The position numbers were made by a program, and so were the translations under genes. A stretch of 64,000 nt of DNA from Thermoplasmatota archaeon (lineage in GTDB: Archaea; Thermoplasmatota; E2; JACPAO01; JAHFTW01), in contig JBBSVM010000003.1 in the NCBI GenBank assembly GCA_038046785.1, positions 211,228 through 275,227 of the forward strand, read 5' to 3'. This document shows positions 9,709 through 20,183 of this stretch, piece by piece. The notes under the pieces are model-generated. The model did not search any database and was not told the origin of the DNA. It was given only the letters and a program-made list of their open reading frames with translations. Within the stretch, counting starts at the first letter, position 1; every line of letters begins with the position of its first letter.

Positions 9709-11814
9709 TCACGGGTCGGATTGCTGGCGGTTTCGAGCCTTGCGATGCACTCCAATCGCCAACCCGATCGAAGCTGCACTCACAAGCAGGAAAGCCACCA
9801 GCGTGACGGCGAAACTTTTTGTCGCTTGCAGAGGCGTCTCAAACACGCCGTCCAATCGATAGAGGGTCTGGGCGGGGCTGTTGGGTTGGAATTCGCGCGC
9901 CAACGGAGTGAACACGTTGCATTTCCGCGACTCCAAACTGGAACGGTCAGAGTTGTCGTACTTCAACGTCCGAATCGTGCTTGCCGCAGCTCCGTTTGCC
10001 AGCGCGATGAGAGGAGCCTGCGGCGGGCAGGCCAAGTAGGCAAGGACCTGCTTCCATTCGGACGCGAGAAAATGGAGCGTGCTGCCGGGGGCGTCGTAGC
10101 TCATGGTGGAGGAGGCCTGGTTGGCGCGGTCGGCGGCGCTGTAGCCAAGCGTGCATTCGGGGATGTGGGTGTGGCAAAGTCCGAGCGTGTGGCCCAATTC
10201 GTGCAGGATGGTGGAGGCAAGGAAATCGGTTCCGACCCGGGCTCCGACTTGTTTCAATTGCACGCTCTCTCCGCTCCCAAACACGACGAGGGGCGCCGTC
10301 CTGAACCAAGATGGTTGCCAAGTAAGCGCTGCATCGTCCTGCGTCGATGCCAGAACGATTTTCCCATCCGAGGCGACGAAGCCGTCGTCGAATCCCTGCT
10401 CCTGAATGAGGTCGAGGCGGTTGCCACGCACGATTTCTTCGAAGAAGGGCGACAGCGTCACCCGTGCACCCGAGGGGGCTTCAAAGTCGACCACGACAAA
10501 CTGCCCGTAATCCACCGCTGCAAGGAGCCCCCGCAGAGGTGCCACTCCGGAGTGGGACGTTTCGCTCTGGTCATGCTGCGGGTTCAGGACCACCGTGGTC
10601 ACGTAGGGATTGCTCGAATAGGTCCCCCGTGCAAGGAGATTGGCATAGTACGGTTCCGTCGACGACGGGATGAGTGGAGGATCCACGTCCGGGCCGGTGC
10701 GAATGCGCGTCTCGACCCAACTCACATGGATGTCTTGTTCCAGCAGGAATGCGGTCGCGACCGCTTGGTAAGCCGCCGTGAAGTCGAGGAAACTGAACCG
10801 CGCCGAATCGCTGCCCTCGACGCGCAAATACTCGATGAGGAGATCCTTCTGCCCCGCCAGAGGTCGCAACGAACCCCAGACAATGAGCCCATCCGTGTTC
10901 TCCCAGCCGTCGGCGATGCCATCCTGGTCCGCATCCTTGGTGGGCGTCTGGCCCGCTTTCCTGAATGCCTCAGAGACGCCATCTTGAACGCCCGACCCAA
11001 ACGTGTCCGGACGGAGTGGATCGAAAATCGACTTGACCTCCGCGCCATCGTCGAGGCCATCTGCGTCGCAATCCTTGTTCCGGACGCAGGAGCTGCGGCC
11101 CTCAAACCCGTCGAGGACGCCGTCGCCATCCCCATCGGAGCTGCAGCGGTCGCCGATTCCTTCCAGCGAATCCTGGCGCCCATCCGCGTCGTCGTCGCTC
11201 TCCAGAATCGCGGCGAAGCCGTCCCGATCGCAATCTTGGGTGCCAGATTCTCCCCCATCGTACAAGCCGTCCCCGTCGCTGTCGTGCACGGCTGGGTTTG
11301 AGCGCTGTTCGATTTCCAGGTTGTCCGGGATGGTGTCGAAATCGCTGTCCAAGCGCTGTGCATTCAGGCCGCTGCGAGTTTCCCAACCATCGGCGAGGCC
11401 GTCTCCGTCCGAATCACCGACTGCAGGGTTCGTCCCATCACGCAGCTCGCTCCAGGCGGAGGCGCCATCGCGGTCCAGGTCAACCACAAGCCAGAGTGCG
11501 AACGAGGCGAACCAGAGCGCGCACCCGACAAGGAGTGCGGGCCAAACCGTCCCCATCCTGCGCTTTGGCGCTGGACTCCACGTCCCTCCCCAGGCGGACA
11601 GCGGTTCACTCGGAATCTCTTCCCAGACCGGAACAACCTCTTCTTGCGGCAGCGGCACACGGACCGCATCCGAATGATGCAGGGGATCGGAGGCGGGCGC
11701 AGCGCAGTCGGCACAGAGCGGCTGCCCCCAGCTCTTCGCGAGAAAACGCGCACACGCCGGACAGCGACGAACCACGGCAACGCAGGACGGAGACGGTTGA
11801 AAAGGTCGGCGCAA
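9709..11814 (-). CDS. Metzincin-type zinc metalloprotease with thrombospondin-type-3 Ca-binding repeats, N-terminal zinc ribbon and C-terminal TM anchor
   Basis: HELGHTLGLCH matches the HExxHxxGxxH metzincin signature. Repeated DxDxDGxxD motifs. CPAC...CADC N-terminal zinc ribbon. TM helices after the ribbon and at the C-terminus followed by HRKARNRQQ. Start is uncertain (alternative Met at 11556). Confidence 0.65.
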   Translation of the reverse strand: MRRPFQPSPSCVAVVRRCPACARFLAKSWGQPLCADCAAPASDPLHHSDAVRVPLPQEEVVPVWEEIPSEPLSAWGGTWSPAPKRRMGTVWPALLVGCALWFASFALWLVVDLDRDGASAWSELRDGTNPAVGDSDGDGLADGWETRSGLNAQRLDSDFDTIPDNLEIEQRSNPAVHDSDGDGLYDGGESGTQDCDRDGFAAILESDDDADGRQDSLEGIGDRCSSDGDGDGVLDGFEGRSSCVRNKDCDADGLDDGAEVKSIFDPLRPDTFGSGVQDGVSEAFRKAGQTPTKDADQDGIADGWENTDGLIVWGSLRPLAGQKDLLIEYLRVEGSDSARFSFLDFTAAYQAVATAFLLEQDIHVSWVETRIRTGPDVDPPLIPSSTEPYYANLLARGTYSSNPYVTTVVLNPQHDQSETSHSGVAPLRGLLAAVDYGQFVVVDFEAPSGARVTLSPFFEEIVRGNRLDLIQEQGFDDGFVASDGKIVLASTQDDAALTWQPSWFRTAPLVVFGSGESVQLKQVGARVGTDFLASTILHELGHTLGLCHTHIPECTLGYSAADRANQASSTMSYDAPGSTLHFLASEWKQVLAYLACPPQAPLIALANGAAASTIRTLKYDNSDRSSLESRKCNVFTPLAREFQPNSPAQTLYRLDGVFETPLQATKSFAVTLVAFLLVSAASIGLAIGVHRKARNRQQSDP

Positions 11815-11937
11815 CCGGCACTGAAATCCTGCTCGCTGCAGGTGCCCCCACGCGAGCTGCCGGGTGCGCCGCGGACGACCGCCGGTGCGACGGCAGTCGA
11901 GCCCAAGCCCATTCCGAGTGCTGACAAGATTCCTGGG

Positions 11938-14052
11938 ATGTCACCGCAGAGCCTATATCCCAATCACCGAAATGGCGCGCATTGGCGGGGCCACGCCGTT
12001 GAGGCGTGCCCAAGCCCGGTGACTTCCTTGCTGCGCCCAACCGCTGTCGTTCTGGTTTGCGCCGCAATTCTGGCGTTCGCGCTTCCTTCGACGCAGGGGC
12101 AGGGTGCTGGCGTGAGCTACGAGCTCATCCTGAAGTGCCCCGAGTCGCAGACCATCACGGTCAGCACGACCACCTCGCCGACGTCGGCGTGCCCGGTGCG
12201 AGCAATCGATGGCGATGACGCCATGGGCGACCCCTCGCTCTCGGTGGATCCTTTCGACGACCAGCACCTCGTCATGGGGAGCTTGCACGGTTCCGGCGAC
12301 AATTTCGGCGCCCCGTCGCCCAAGAGCCGCAGCGGCCAGATCTTCACGACGTTCATCTCGGAGGACGGCGGGGCGAACTGGTACGACAACCCGTTCGTCG
12401 CGCCCGACGAGGTGGGGTTCGACGCGTACGGCGAGCACCCCCAGGTCACCATCGACCCGTACGGACACGTCTTCGTCGGCTCGCTCTACTCGCAGCCGGG
12501 CGGCGACGGCAATTTCACTTCCGTCATCGCGTCGCAGAAGTTCACCAGCATTTCAAACGCTCTCGACAACCAGAATGGCGCGGGCGACTACCACGCGCAG
12601 TACATCGACCCGGTCTATCCCAACAACCGCATCGGCCAGATGTGGTTCCTCTTCAACCCCATCACCGACAACATGACCATGGTGTGGTACGAGCAGTTGG
12701 TGGAGGCACTTCCACCGCCGTGCGACGACCACGTTGGCCACACGACCGTCGGCGACCTCTACATCGTCTCGGGAGGCACGACCCAGCCCGAGGTGTGGCA
12801 GGAGTCGAACGGCCAGCCCAGCCTGCAGACCGACACCAGCTGCCCAGGCAACCCCGACACGCGCACCGCGGCCCAGCGCGCCGCCCCAGCTCGCGCACCG
12901 GCCTCCAGCGCCGGGCGCCTTCCCAACGTGGCCGGGATGCCCGCCGAACCGAAATCGGCTCCCGCCTCTTCGGTCGTTCCCCAGCACGCCGCAGCCCAGG
13001 CAGCCGCCCCCGCATTCAACCCCAAGACGCCGCGCAGCGTCATCGGCGTGGTCTGGACCGACACCTCGGTGAGTGGCGACTACTATTACCAAAATGCCGC
13101 CGACGCCATCGGCCCCTGCCTGCGCAGCACCAACCCGGTGCTCTACCGCGGATTCCTCTACATCGGCTGCATCGCGAACCCGGACGAAGGGCCTTTCCCG
13201 TGGCATCCCGAGACGACGCTCGGGACCGTTGAACTGTTCCGCATGCACCCCGACGGCGGCAAGCCGGAATACATGGGTGCCGCCCCCATCAGCGGCGCCA
13301 ACCCCAAGCTGGGCGTGCGCAGCGATGGCCGCATTGCCTTGGTCGCGGCGGACGCCGTGGACGGCACGCTTCAGATGCGCGCCATCTATGGCCGCTACGT
13401 CAACCAGACCGTGGGCATGGAGTGGGGCTCGATCATCAATCTCGCGGACAAAGTGACGCCCACCACGCCGGGCCTTCGCGTCGCGGCGGCGAACGTGCAA
13501 GACATGATTTACCGCGAACAGTCGGGCGCCCTCCACCTCATCCTGAAACTCATCCTCGAGCCGACCGGCTTGGGCCTTGCGACGGCCGAAGAGGTGGCGG
13601 CTCCGCGCATCCGCAAATCCATCGTCGCCTTGGACGAGACCTACGGCTTGCTGACCCAGCTGGTGCTTGACATCGGCAACCCGCTCAACCGCACCGACCA
13701 GACTCTTCTCACCCAGAGCGACGCTGTGTTCAATGACCTGTCGGACGATTTCCTGCAGATGCCCGCCGGCCCCTACAGCCACGACGGTCGGCCGCTGGGC
13801 GACGAGTACCAGCGCGAGTACTTCGCCGTCGCCGACTACGGTACCGTCCTCTTCGCCGAAGTGGTCGAAGTGACGGAGCTGCGCGCTCCCGGTGTCCCGC
13901 CCGCCCCAGCACCTCCCGTGCCGGTCGCCTCCCCCGCCGTCAGCCTCGCCGGAGCGGTGGCGCCCGCGGCCGGCCTCGCGGGAGCCGCATTCACCGTCGC
14001 CATCCTTGCCGCCAACCGGCGCAAAGCCCTCAACATGTCCAAGCGAGAGTGA
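11938..14052 (+). CDS. Secreted surface protein with C-terminal TM anchor (hypothetical)
   Basis: Internal ATG chosen because the upstream part of the ORF overlaps the metalloprotease gene. Signal peptide AVVLVCAAILAFALPSTQG. C-terminal Pro-rich linker, then a hydrophobic helix, then RRK. Confidence 0.55.
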   Translation: MSPQSLYPNHRNGAHWRGHAVEACPSPVTSLLRPTAVVLVCAAILAFALPSTQGQGAGVSYELILKCPESQTITVSTTTSPTSACPVRAIDGDDAMGDPSLSVDPFDDQHLVMGSLHGSGDNFGAPSPKSRSGQIFTTFISEDGGANWYDNPFVAPDEVGFDAYGEHPQVTIDPYGHVFVGSLYSQPGGDGNFTSVIASQKFTSISNALDNQNGAGDYHAQYIDPVYPNNRIGQMWFLFNPITDNMTMVWYEQLVEALPPPCDDHVGHTTVGDLYIVSGGTTQPEVWQESNGQPSLQTDTSCPGNPDTRTAAQRAAPARAPASSAGRLPNVAGMPAEPKSAPASSVVPQHAAAQAAAPAFNPKTPRSVIGVVWTDTSVSGDYYYQNAADAIGPCLRSTNPVLYRGFLYIGCIANPDEGPFPWHPETTLGTVELFRMHPDGGKPEYMGAAPISGANPKLGVRSDGRIALVAADAVDGTLQMRAIYGRYVNQTVGMEWGSIINLADKVTPTTPGLRVAAANVQDMIYREQSGALHLILKLILEPTGLGLATAEEVAAPRIRKSIVALDETYGLLTQLVLDIGNPLNRTDQTLLTQSDAVFNDLSDDFLQMPAGPYSHDGRPLGDEYQREYFAVADYGTVLFAEVVEVTELRAPGVPPAPAPPVPVASPAVSLAGAVAPAAGLAGAAFTVAILAANRRKALNMSKRE

Positions 14053-14056
14053 CCCC

Positions 14057-16084
14057 GTGACCCAAGCCAAGCCCGCTTCCAAGAGCCCCACCGAACCGAA
14101 CGCCCTCATCAGCGACCCGTACGAGTGGATTGCCAAGCAGACCGACATCCAGAGCTCCAAAGACATCCCGGTCTCCACTAAGCTCATCGAGCAGGTCATC
14201 GGGCAGGACCTCGCGGTCGCCGTGGCGCAGAAAGCCGCGACGCAGAAACGCCACCTGCTATTGATTGGCGACCCCGGCACGGGCAAGTCGATGATTGCCA
14301 AAGCGATGGCGGAGATGCTGCCCGCCGAGAAGCTGAGCGATCTCCTCGTCTACCACAACGTCAAGGACCCCAACCAGCCCGCCATCCTCACCGTCGACGC
14401 CGGCAAAGGCCCCGGCGTCCTCACGAAGATGCGCCACCGCGCCGCCCGCAAGCGCGTCGTCATCAAAACGGTACAGTGGCTGGCGCTACTTGGCATCGCC
14501 ACGGTCTCCGGCTACTACTTCCTGCAAGGCGAACAGGTGATGGCGCTCCTGACCGGCATCATCGCGCTCGCCTTCGTCTACCTCATCTTCAAGCAGGGCA
14601 AGAACCCGACCGCCTTCATGGTCCCGAAGCTCCTGATGGAGCATGACCCCAACAAGGAGACGCACGCCTCCTATGTCGAAGCGACCGGCAGCCACGCTGG
14701 CGCCCTTCTGGGGGATGTGCGGCACGACCCGTTCCAGTCCGGCGGTCTCGAGACGCCGACGCACGAGCGCGTCGAGGTGGGAGCCATCCACCGCGCCCAC
14801 AAAGGCATCCTGTTCATCGACGAGATCAACGTCCTGCGCCTGGATTCGCAGCAGGCGCTCCTCACCGCGATGCAGGACCGCCAGTTCGCCATCGTCGGCC
14901 AATCGCAGACCAGCTCGGGCGCCATGGTGCGCACCCAGCCGGTCCCCTGCGATTTCATTCTCATCGCAGCCGGCAACCAGGACGCCGTGCAGCCCCCCGA
15001 CGCTTCGGGCACCCGCGGCATGCACCCCGCCCTGCGCAGCCGCATCCGCGGCTACGGCTACGAAGTGTTCGTGAACTCCGTCATGGACGACACGCACGAC
15101 AACCGCCTCAAGCTCTGCCGTTTCGTGACCCAGGAAGTCAACCGCGACGGCCGCATCCCTCACTTTGCGCGCGACGCCATCGCCGAAATCATTCTCGAAG
15201 CGCAGCGCCGCAGCGGCGCGCGCGGAAAATTGACGCTTCGCCTGCGCGAGCTGGGCGGCCTTGTCCGCACCTCCGGCGACATCGCCCAGGGCGCCGCCCG
15301 CGACGAGGTGACCGCCGACGATGTGCGCCAAGCCAAACGGTTGAGCCGCAGCCTGGAGCAGCAGATGGCGGAGTCCGCCCTGGAATCTCGCCGCAAGCAC
15401 GAAGCGCTGCGCCCGACCGGCCAACTCGTCGGCATCGCCTCCGGCGTCGGCCTGGTGGGCAGCGGCGAAGTGGGCGAACCGGCTGGCCTCGTTGTCCCCA
15501 TCGCAAGCAGCGTCACGCCCCCGATTTCCCGCTCGCGCGGCGAAATTGTCTTCGGTGGCGGCATCGAGGTCAGTGCCAAGATGCAAACCGAAATCGTCGA
15601 GGCGCTGCTCAAGCGCATCGCCGGGAGCACGATTGCCGACAAAGACATCCATGTCCAGAGCGTCGTGCCGCAGGAATCGGTGGACGCCAACGCCACCGGC
15701 CTCGCCCTCGTCGTAAGCGCCCTTTCGGCGCTGGAGGGCATCCCGGTGCGGCAGGACACCGTTCTGATTGGCGGCATCACCGTCACGGGAGAGTTGCGCG
15801 CGGTGCGCGGCGTCACGCAGCAGATTGAGACCGCCGTCGACGTCGGCTTCACTCGCGCCATCGTCCCCGCGACCAACCGCAACGACGTCCTCCTCAACCC
15901 GACCTACCGCGGCCGCGTCGAGATTCTGTTCGCCAACGACCTGGTGGAGGCGCTGGGCTCCTGCTTGACGGGACCGCGGGCTGGCGCCGTTGCCACGCGA
16001 TTGGCGGGACTTGCCGCGACGGGCGGAAACGGCCACACCGGACGGGCCGAGCCGGCCGTGGCACGCACCCGGACGGGCCGCTGA
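14057..16084 (+). CDS. lonB: Archaeal membrane-bound ATP-dependent Lon protease (LonB)
   Basis: Walker A LLIGDPGTGKSM, two TM helices inserted in the AAA module, and a C-terminal Lon protease domain. GTG start at 14057 just after the upstream stop. Confidence 0.8.
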   Translation: MTQAKPASKSPTEPNALISDPYEWIAKQTDIQSSKDIPVSTKLIEQVIGQDLAVAVAQKAATQKRHLLLIGDPGTGKSMIAKAMAEMLPAEKLSDLLVYHNVKDPNQPAILTVDAGKGPGVLTKMRHRAARKRVVIKTVQWLALLGIATVSGYYFLQGEQVMALLTGIIALAFVYLIFKQGKNPTAFMVPKLLMEHDPNKETHASYVEATGSHAGALLGDVRHDPFQSGGLETPTHERVEVGAIHRAHKGILFIDEINVLRLDSQQALLTAMQDRQFAIVGQSQTSSGAMVRTQPVPCDFILIAAGNQDAVQPPDASGTRGMHPALRSRIRGYGYEVFVNSVMDDTHDNRLKLCRFVTQEVNRDGRIPHFARDAIAEIILEAQRRSGARGKLTLRLRELGGLVRTSGDIAQGAARDEVTADDVRQAKRLSRSLEQQMAESALESRRKHEALRPTGQLVGIASGVGLVGSGEVGEPAGLVVPIASSVTPPISRSRGEIVFGGGIEVSAKMQTEIVEALLKRIAGSTIADKDIHVQSVVPQESVDANATGLALVVSALSALEGIPVRQDTVLIGGITVTGELRAVRGVTQQIETAVDVGFTRAIVPATNRNDVLLNPTYRGRVEILFANDLVEALGSCLTGPRAGAVATRLAGLAATGGNGHTGRAEPAVARTRTGR

Positions 16085-18174
16085 TGGCACGCATTCCCGC
16101 CGTTGCATTCCTGCTGCTGGCCGCGGTCCTGTCGGGCTGTGTTGGCGACCTGGATGACTACCACACCTTCGACGCGGACGCCCAGTACCGCAACCCGGGT
16201 GTCTTCGAAGGATCGTACGTCTTCACGCGGGACGGCTCCACGGTGCTGAGCACCGGAGCGCTCTCGGCGACTCAGCCGGAAGTGGTTCGCCTGCGCTCCA
16301 CCCTGCCCGCCTACGCGGCGATGGCCGGCGAATCCTCGACAGACGCTGAAGTGACCATCACGATGGCCATCTGGCGCCCGGAGAATGTGACGACGCCGGT
16401 TCCCATCATCGTGGACGCCGGCCCCTACTTTGAGTACGACTCGCACTGCCGAGTTCCCGACCAGAACCCGTGCCGCGTCGAGCAGATTCCCGACGCCATC
16501 GACTACCCGGGCCAGACCACCCCGTTCTCCCTCAAGAATTTCCTGCCGCACGGATACGCCGTCGTACAGCTTGCGGTGCGCGGGACGGGAACCTCCGGCG
16601 GCTGCATGGACTTGCTGGGACCGGCCGAACAGCACGACCTCGACCAGGCCATCACCTGGCTTGGCGAGCAGCCCTGGTCGAACGGCAACATCGCCATGGT
16701 TGGCGCCTCCTACGACGGCTCGACCCCCTGGCTCGTCGCCGCCGCCGGCAATCCGCACCTCAAAACCATCGTCCCCACGTCGGGACTTCCCGACATCTTC
16801 GACTTGATGTTCCGCAACGGCACCGCCGAGACGCGCGGTTCCATCATGCACTCCCTGGTGTACTGGCCGTACGGGTTCTCGGATGGTTTCCCCTGGAACC
16901 GTCTGCCCGCTGCGGTGCCGCCCGGAACGCTGCCGCCATTCCCCGGCGCTGGCGCCAACGGCCGCGAGCAGTACCAGGATTTGCAGAACTTGGTCTGCCC
17001 GGAACTCTACCGCGGCGCGGCACAGGGACCGCTCGCCTCCGTGACCGGTTCCCGCCTCACCGAGGCGAGCGACTACTGGACCGTGCGCGACCATCAACAG
17101 GCGGTCCTCGACAACTACGAAGGGAGCATTTTCCTGGTGCACGGCCTGCAGGACTGGAACGTGGACCCCCATGTCGCAGTCCCGTTCAATGTCCAATTGC
17201 GCGCGGCGGGCATCGAGATGAAGGAGTGGTTCGGCCAGTGGGGCCACGCCTTCCCCGACTCCACCTGCGCCCGCACCGTGCCGGACTGGGTGACGCTGCC
17301 CTGCCGCCTCGATTTCGCCGAGGTGCTCCTGCGCTGGTTCGACCGCTACTTGAAAGACAATGCAACGGCCGATCTCGGCCCCGCCCTGCAGGTGCAGGAC
17401 AACGTCGGATTCTGGCGCAACGCGGACGCGTTCCCGCCCACCGACGCCGCCTGGCAGCCTTGGGCCTTGACCGGCGACGGCGCGCTGTCGAACGCTGCGG
17501 GCCCCGCATCGACCTTCACGCTCAACCCGCCGCAAACCGGTGCGCCCGGCAACACGCTGGAGCTGAAGAGCGCCGTCTTCGAGGAGGATGTCCGCGTCTC
17601 CGGCCTGCCCACACTCCACATCCCGTTCACCTCGACCGCCGGGGGCGGCATGCTGGGGGCGTGGCTGATGGACGAGGACGCCGACGGCAACGTGCGCGCT
17701 CCCTCTGCTGGACAGAATCTGGACGGCGACTGGGTTCCGTTTGGCATCCCAGTCGTTGGACACGCCCAGATGAACCTGCGCTACTACGCAGGGGGCGAAG
17801 AGGCCCAGACCCTGCGCCCCGACACCCAGTACGTCGCGCGCATGCAGTTCGAGCCGCTCGACATCCTGGTGCCGCGCGGCCACCGCCTCACCCTCTGGGT
17901 CTTCCAGTACGCCTACCCCGACCACCAGGCGTCGCTCACTCCCTCGCCCGTCGAGATTGCCCTCGGCGAGGGTGGCGCCGTGCTGAACCTGCCGACGATT
18001 GCGGTGGACGCACGCACCGTGTTCCCGGTTCCGGGAGCGCACTTCCCGAGCCGCGACCTGGTGGGGCTCATGTTTGTCCCCAAGCCTGCCCTCACCGCCT
18101 CGTCGCCGCTGCCCATTCCGGTGCCGCCCGCCTGCTCCGGCCTGCCGCAGACATTCTGCGACCAACATCTGTGA
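16084..18174 (+). CDS. S15 peptidase / CocE-NonD family hydrolase (X-Pro dipeptidyl-peptidase-like), lipoprotein
   Basis: Nucleophile elbow MVGASYDG (GxSYxG) and LSGC lipobox. Its start overlaps the lonB stop (ATGA). Confidence 0.7.
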   Translation: MARIPAVAFLLLAAVLSGCVGDLDDYHTFDADAQYRNPGVFEGSYVFTRDGSTVLSTGALSATQPEVVRLRSTLPAYAAMAGESSTDAEVTITMAIWRPENVTTPVPIIVDAGPYFEYDSHCRVPDQNPCRVEQIPDAIDYPGQTTPFSLKNFLPHGYAVVQLAVRGTGTSGGCMDLLGPAEQHDLDQAITWLGEQPWSNGNIAMVGASYDGSTPWLVAAAGNPHLKTIVPTSGLPDIFDLMFRNGTAETRGSIMHSLVYWPYGFSDGFPWNRLPAAVPPGTLPPFPGAGANGREQYQDLQNLVCPELYRGAAQGPLASVTGSRLTEASDYWTVRDHQQAVLDNYEGSIFLVHGLQDWNVDPHVAVPFNVQLRAAGIEMKEWFGQWGHAFPDSTCARTVPDWVTLPCRLDFAEVLLRWFDRYLKDNATADLGPALQVQDNVGFWRNADAFPPTDAAWQPWALTGDGALSNAAGPASTFTLNPPQTGAPGNTLELKSAVFEEDVRVSGLPTLHIPFTSTAGGGMLGAWLMDEDADGNVRAPSAGQNLDGDWVPFGIPVVGHAQMNLRYYAGGEEAQTLRPDTQYVARMQFEPLDILVPRGHRLTLWVFQYAYPDHQASLTPSPVEIALGEGGAVLNLPTIAVDARTVFPVPGAHFPSRDLVGLMFVPKPALTASSPLPIPVPPACSGLPQTFCDQHL

Positions 18175-18181
18175 GGTTGCC

Positions 18182-18805
18182 ATGGCTGCCGACGAAGTCT
18201 CTGGATGGGCTGGCGCAAGTGCCATCGTTGCGCTCGGCCTTGTGGCTGCGGCGTTCGCCTTGCCGTGGTTCAGCTACGAGTTCTCCTCGGGCCGTCAGAC
18301 CGCCCCCGGTGGATTCAACGACGCCAATGAGACCGGCGTGGAACGCCACACCCTCGAGGTCTATCCAACGCACACGACGGGTGACGTGCAGCCCACGCAT
18401 CCCGAGGATTTGCGCACGGCAACCGACCGCATGACCTGGGCGCTTGCGGCCGCCATCGTGCTGAGCGCGCTTGCCGCTCTGGCAGAGCTCCCGGGTGTTC
18501 GCCGCCTCCTTGTGCGGCGCGTCGTCCTGGGCATGGACCTGCTGGCCCTGGTCGCCATCGGCATCAGCCTTGCCGTGGCGTGGTATCACATCCCTGCAAC
18601 CCTGGACGGCTACGGTGTGCAGGATCCGTTCACCTCCTTCGTCGACCGCGACGCAGGGTACACCCGGACGACGATTGGGCCTGGCTGGGTGTTGGCCGCT
18701 GCCGGTGGCATCGCAGCGCTGGTGGCTTTGGCGTTCAAGTTCCAAGCCGGCTCGTCCGATGCGGCGCTCGTCGAGGAGCTGGCGGCTGCGTCACGCAAAT
18801 CCTAG
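18182..18805 (+). CDS. Hypothetical 4-TM membrane protein
   Basis: Internal ATG at 18182 just after the upstream stop. Four hydrophobic helices. Confidence 0.45.
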   Translation: MAADEVSGWAGASAIVALGLVAAAFALPWFSYEFSSGRQTAPGGFNDANETGVERHTLEVYPTHTTGDVQPTHPEDLRTATDRMTWALAAAIVLSALAALAELPGVRRLLVRRVVLGMDLLALVAIGISLAVAWYHIPATLDGYGVQDPFTSFVDRDAGYTRTTIGPGWVLAAAGGIAALVALAFKFQAGSSDAALVEELAAASRKS

Positions 18806-18849
18806 GTTCGAGACGCGACACCCACCGGAGCGCGCTGTGGTGCCGCTCG

Positions 18850-20076
18850 TTACTTGCGGGAGCGTTTGCGGAACCCGCTTTCGGCGACCGTGTCCATGGT
18901 GAGCTTGACCGCGACGAGGGCCACGGTCGCAACGCCCACGAGGCTCAACAGGACAACGACTCCGTTGAACTGCGGCGGCTCCGGAACCCCCACGACGCCC
19001 GCGACGATGTCGGCCGAGCTGCCGAGCCTTGACAAGCAATCAGCAAAGTCGCGCCGCGCTTGGACCCCGAGGCTGACGACGTCCCACCAGAGGTCCAGCA
19101 CGAACTCCGACGGCGGGGCCAGGTCGAGGGTGATGGAGTAGCTCCCGAGCGCCATCTTGCCTGCGACATCGACGCGGTAGGCGCCGAACTCGGTGAGCGG
19201 GAACTCGACCGTCGCCCCGTCGTCGGCCGCCAGGGCGGGCGCCACGGTCGCGTTGCCGAGGTTTGCGCCGCTGGCTGAGCGGAACGTGAAGGTGAGCTCG
19301 TTGAGCCCGGCGGGGGCGCGCGCCGTTGCGGTGATGGTCGCGGTGGCGCGGCCACCGAACTTGAGGTTGGGGAAGAGGTGCTGGCTGACGTAGGCGGGAT
19401 TGTAGGAGGTGGAACCATCGGGCAGGTCGCCGGGGGATGGGAAGACGAACTGCGCCGCAGTCGGCGCCGCATCTGGAGGCGATTGGATCTGGAGATGCAT
19501 TTCCCAGTCGCCATCTGCCGCCGTCTCGTCCGGCAGCGGTTCGAGAGCGTTGGCCGCCAACGGCTGCAACCGGCCATCGCCGTTGTCGCGGAATCCATGC
19601 GGGGTGACGAAGAACGAGGCGGTCACGTTCTCGCCGTCGCCGGTGGGGTCAGGGTAGGGCTGGCCATCGACGACGAGCTGCGCGGTGCCCCACGCCGCCG
19701 CGTCGGCAAACAGCTTGGGATGGCCACCTTCGACCGTCAGGTTGCGCGCTACGGGGCCTTGCGACCCTTTGCCGTCCACGAAGCTGTTCATCTCGATCTC
19801 GACCGTTGTGCCCTCGCCCTGTTCGGCATCGGGGCCGAAGATGCCCAGGACGTTGACGCGGCCGTTCTCGCGCTCCGGCCGCAGCTGTGCCATGGCGCAG
19901 CCGTCGTAGGGCAGGAGCTGCTGCGTCTCACCAAGACCGAGCGCCAGCGTCCCGTTCCCCAGAAGACCGTGCGAGAAATAGTAGGGAACGCCGTCGAAAT
20001 CCGCCACCGCGTTGGAGGGGCCCGTCAAGGAGCCCGTCAGCAGGAGCGCAGAGGTGGCAAGAAAGAGAAGCCGCAA
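18850..20076 (-). CDS. Secreted hypothetical protein with C-terminal TM anchor and basic tail
   Basis: Signal-like LRLLFLATSALLLTG. The C-terminus is a hydrophobic helix followed by GFRKRSRK. The annotated ORF start at 20226 lies inside a tandem repeat, so the real start is uncertain (TTG near 20076 is proposed). Confidence 0.4.
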   Translation of the reverse strand: MRLLFLATSALLLTGSLTGPSNAVADFDGVPYYFSHGLLGNGTLALGLGETQQLLPYDGCAMAQLRPERENGRVNVLGIFGPDAEQGEGTTVEIEMNSFVDGKGSQGPVARNLTVEGGHPKLFADAAAWGTAQLVVDGQPYPDPTGDGENVTASFFVTPHGFRDNGDGRLQPLAANALEPLPDETAADGDWEMHLQIQSPPDAAPTAAQFVFPSPGDLPDGSTSYNPAYVSQHLFPNLKFGGRATATITATARAPAGLNELTFTFRSASGANLGNATVAPALAADDGATVEFPLTEFGAYRVDVAGKMALGSYSITLDLAPPSEFVLDLWWDVVSLGVQARRDFADCLSRLGSSADIVAGVVGVPEPPQFNGVVVLLSLVGVATVALVAVKLTMDTVAESGFRKRSRK

Positions 20077-20183
20077 CCGAAGACCGACCCGAACCCAAGC
20101 GACTTTTGCTTGTGAAATAAGGGTTGTGGGGAGAACCGCGGAGGGATGCCACGCACGGCCGCTTCCGGCCCAGCAGGTGCGTT

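Noticed and set aside
8737-11301. 854-aa plus-strand ORF
   Set aside because: Antisense to the BNR-repeat and metzincin genes, which have clear motifs. RG-rich junk composition.
12553-18225. Long minus-strand ORFs (12553-14301, 14486-16108, 15904-18225)
   Set aside because: Antisense shadows of the secreted protein, LonB and the S15 peptidase genes. No domains, Arg/Gly/Ala-rich.
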